Source: Leucoraja erinacea
Lineage: Eukaryota
Direction: 5' to 3'
Assembly (NCBI RefSeq): GCF_028641065.1
Contig: NC_073383.1
Coordinates: forward strand, 23,870,001-23,934,000
DNA: 64,000 nt
Positions 62,209 to 64,000 of the stretch are shown here, piece after piece. The notes below the pieces were generated by a model. It saw only the letters and a program-made list of their open reading frames with translations, was not told the origin of the DNA and made no database searches. Both the position numbers and the translations under genes were made by a program. Positions within the stretch are counted from its first letter, which is position 1; each line of letters opens with the position of its first letter.

Positions 62209-64000
62209 CCCAACAGATTTATTCTGTCATGGCACAGATGACTCTCGCCCGTAACAAGGTGGACCAACAGATCTGGTCTTCTGAGAATGGTCATGGGTGG
62301 TTCAGTGACCATGGCAAGGACCACAGGGAAGGCCAGCCGGGTACTACCAAAATACCTGAAGCTGAGTCCATTTGTATTTTGCGTAGGACCCGACTGATGA
62401 GGCAGAAAGGGGGAAAGGCATAGAAAAACAATTTTCCCCAATTCAGCGAGAAAGCGTCCATCGCTGCTGCCTCAGGGTCTGGTTCCCAAGCGAAATATGT
62501 TGGTAACTGGTGATTCAGTCGGGATGTGAAGAGATCGATATCTGGTGTTCCATATCGCTTTGTAATATCAGCAAATACTTTGGGGTTCAACATCCATTCG
62601 GTGTTGTCGTTGAATTTTCGTGACCTGGTGTCTGCCACTGTATTAAGCTTACCTGGTTGGTAAGTTGCTGATAGCCAAATATGTCTGTCGACACACCATT
62701 GACAGATTGTGTTGACCAGATTGTCACATGATATCGATTTTATTCCGCCCATATGGTTAATATAGGCCACCACTGTGGTATTGTCAATTTGTAGGCGGAC
62801 ATGCAAATGGTGCATAGCTGAACAGCAAGCTTTTAGCACATAAAACGCACCCAACATTTCTAAATAATTTATACCCAGTGTCTGTAGTAATGATGATTCT
62901 TGTATCTTCCATCTGCCATCAGTACTAGATATAGTGTTAGTTGCTCCCCAGCCTTGAGCACTAGTATCCGTTTGTATCGTGATTATTGGGTTATTGATAA
63001 TGATGGGGCTGGAACTATGCCAAATGTGTACTTTCCACCATTGTAATTCTGATATTGCTTTGGCTGGTAATTTCATGAGTCGATCGAAATGAACCGTATG
63101 TTGTTTTAGCGCTTGCACCTATGCTCTTTGTAAGTTTTGGTAATGCAAAGGTCCAAGCTGGGTAGCTGGAAATGCTGCTACTAATTTCCCAATTACTCTT
63201 GCCACCTGTCGAATAGTTGGTTGATTGGTAACCATCAATTTGTTGCAGGCTTGTACCAATTCTGCTGCTTTCTCTTTTGGCAATGTTACAGACATGTGGA
63301 CTGAGTTAATTGTGAATCCCAGATAGTCCATAGTTGTGGATGGTGTCCACTTAGATTTACCTGGATGGATAACAAACCCCAGAGTTTCAAACAATTGTTT
63401 AGTAGCTTATACTGTTGATTTAGCTAATTCCAGGGTTTTGCCCACTATTAAAATGTCATCAAGATACGCCATGACAATATGTTTTTGTTTTCTTAGTATT
63501 GCCAAGGCCGGTTTTAATATCTCGGTAAATAATCTTGGGGCTGATGTTAGGCCATTTGGCAATGCTTTATACTGCCATAGTTGCCTCATCCAGTTAAATT
63601 TTAGGTATCTACGATGATCCTTATGAATGGGTACTGAATAATATGCATCTTTGATATTGATGCATGCCATGAAGTATCCTCTAGAAATCAATTGTTTGGC
63701 AGTAACAAATGTTTCCATTTTGAAATGTATATACAGGACAAAAGTACTCAGTGTCGTCAAGTCAATGATGATGCGACATCCACCATCTTTCGTGGTTTTT
63801 GTAAAGATATTTGCTATAAATTCCAAGGGGTCATGTTCCGTTTTTTCTATGACTCCTTTTGTATGTAATCTCACCAGTTCAGCCTGTCCCTCGCATTTTT
63901 CTTTTCGTGAGAGGGTAAACTCCCTGTGGGGTGCATGCTGAACTGATGGCATATTTTTTTGAATGAATTCAATTTTGTATCCCTGAATACTTTGTAGTAT
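62196..64000 (-). pseudogene. DIRS RT-RNase H-methyltransferase polyprotein with a few stops/frameshifts
   Basis: CRIIIDL, KDAYYSVPI, LPNGLTSAPRLF, MAYLDD, QTDTS..GWG, INYLE, IDNTT, DIDLF and YAFPPF motifs. Confidence 0.92.

Larger units (their letters stand above)
60757..64000 (-). mobile_element. DIRS retrotransposon (DIRS-C), 3' portion
   Basis: Terminus aatagtaag..aaacgagaacttaccagttt, ICR at ~60980-61072, and RT, RNase H, MT and YR reading frames. Confidence 0.95.

Noticed and set aside
61239-62620. Phage integrase plus Dam methylase suggesting a prophage or bacterial contamination
   Set aside because: Both are normal DIRS domains, linked here to RT/RNase H and ITR/ICR termini and inserted in a vertebrate SINE.

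Overview
Eukaryotic DNA, almost certainly intergenic or intronic, from a cartilaginous fish (shark/skate/ray). This is inferred from the HE1-like V-SINE, HER1/CR1 LINE and Penelope repeat complement. I found no convincing host protein-coding exon, rRNA or tRNA gene, or CRISPR array. The window is a dense, partly nested collection of mobile elements. These are three DIRS tyrosine-recombinase retrotransposons, a very young CsRn1-type Ty3/Gypsy element (near-identical LTRs, tRNA-Trp PBS, -1 frameshift signal), a Buster/Charlie hAT, an IR/DR Tc1, a 3.2-kb Tigger-ended cargo element, two non-autonomous Helitrons, three Harbinger MITEs, many CR1, Rex1 and HERO LINE fragments, V-SINEs and Penelope-derived units with hammerhead-like cores. 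There is one 218-nt assembly gap. The most notable items are a DIRS with perfect cis-termini and an open gag but deleted RT, a shared AAT crossover core at DIRS insertion junctions, and the Tigger-ended element carrying a tRNA-Met-like Pol III head. Family assignments come from recognising motifs by eye, not from database searches.
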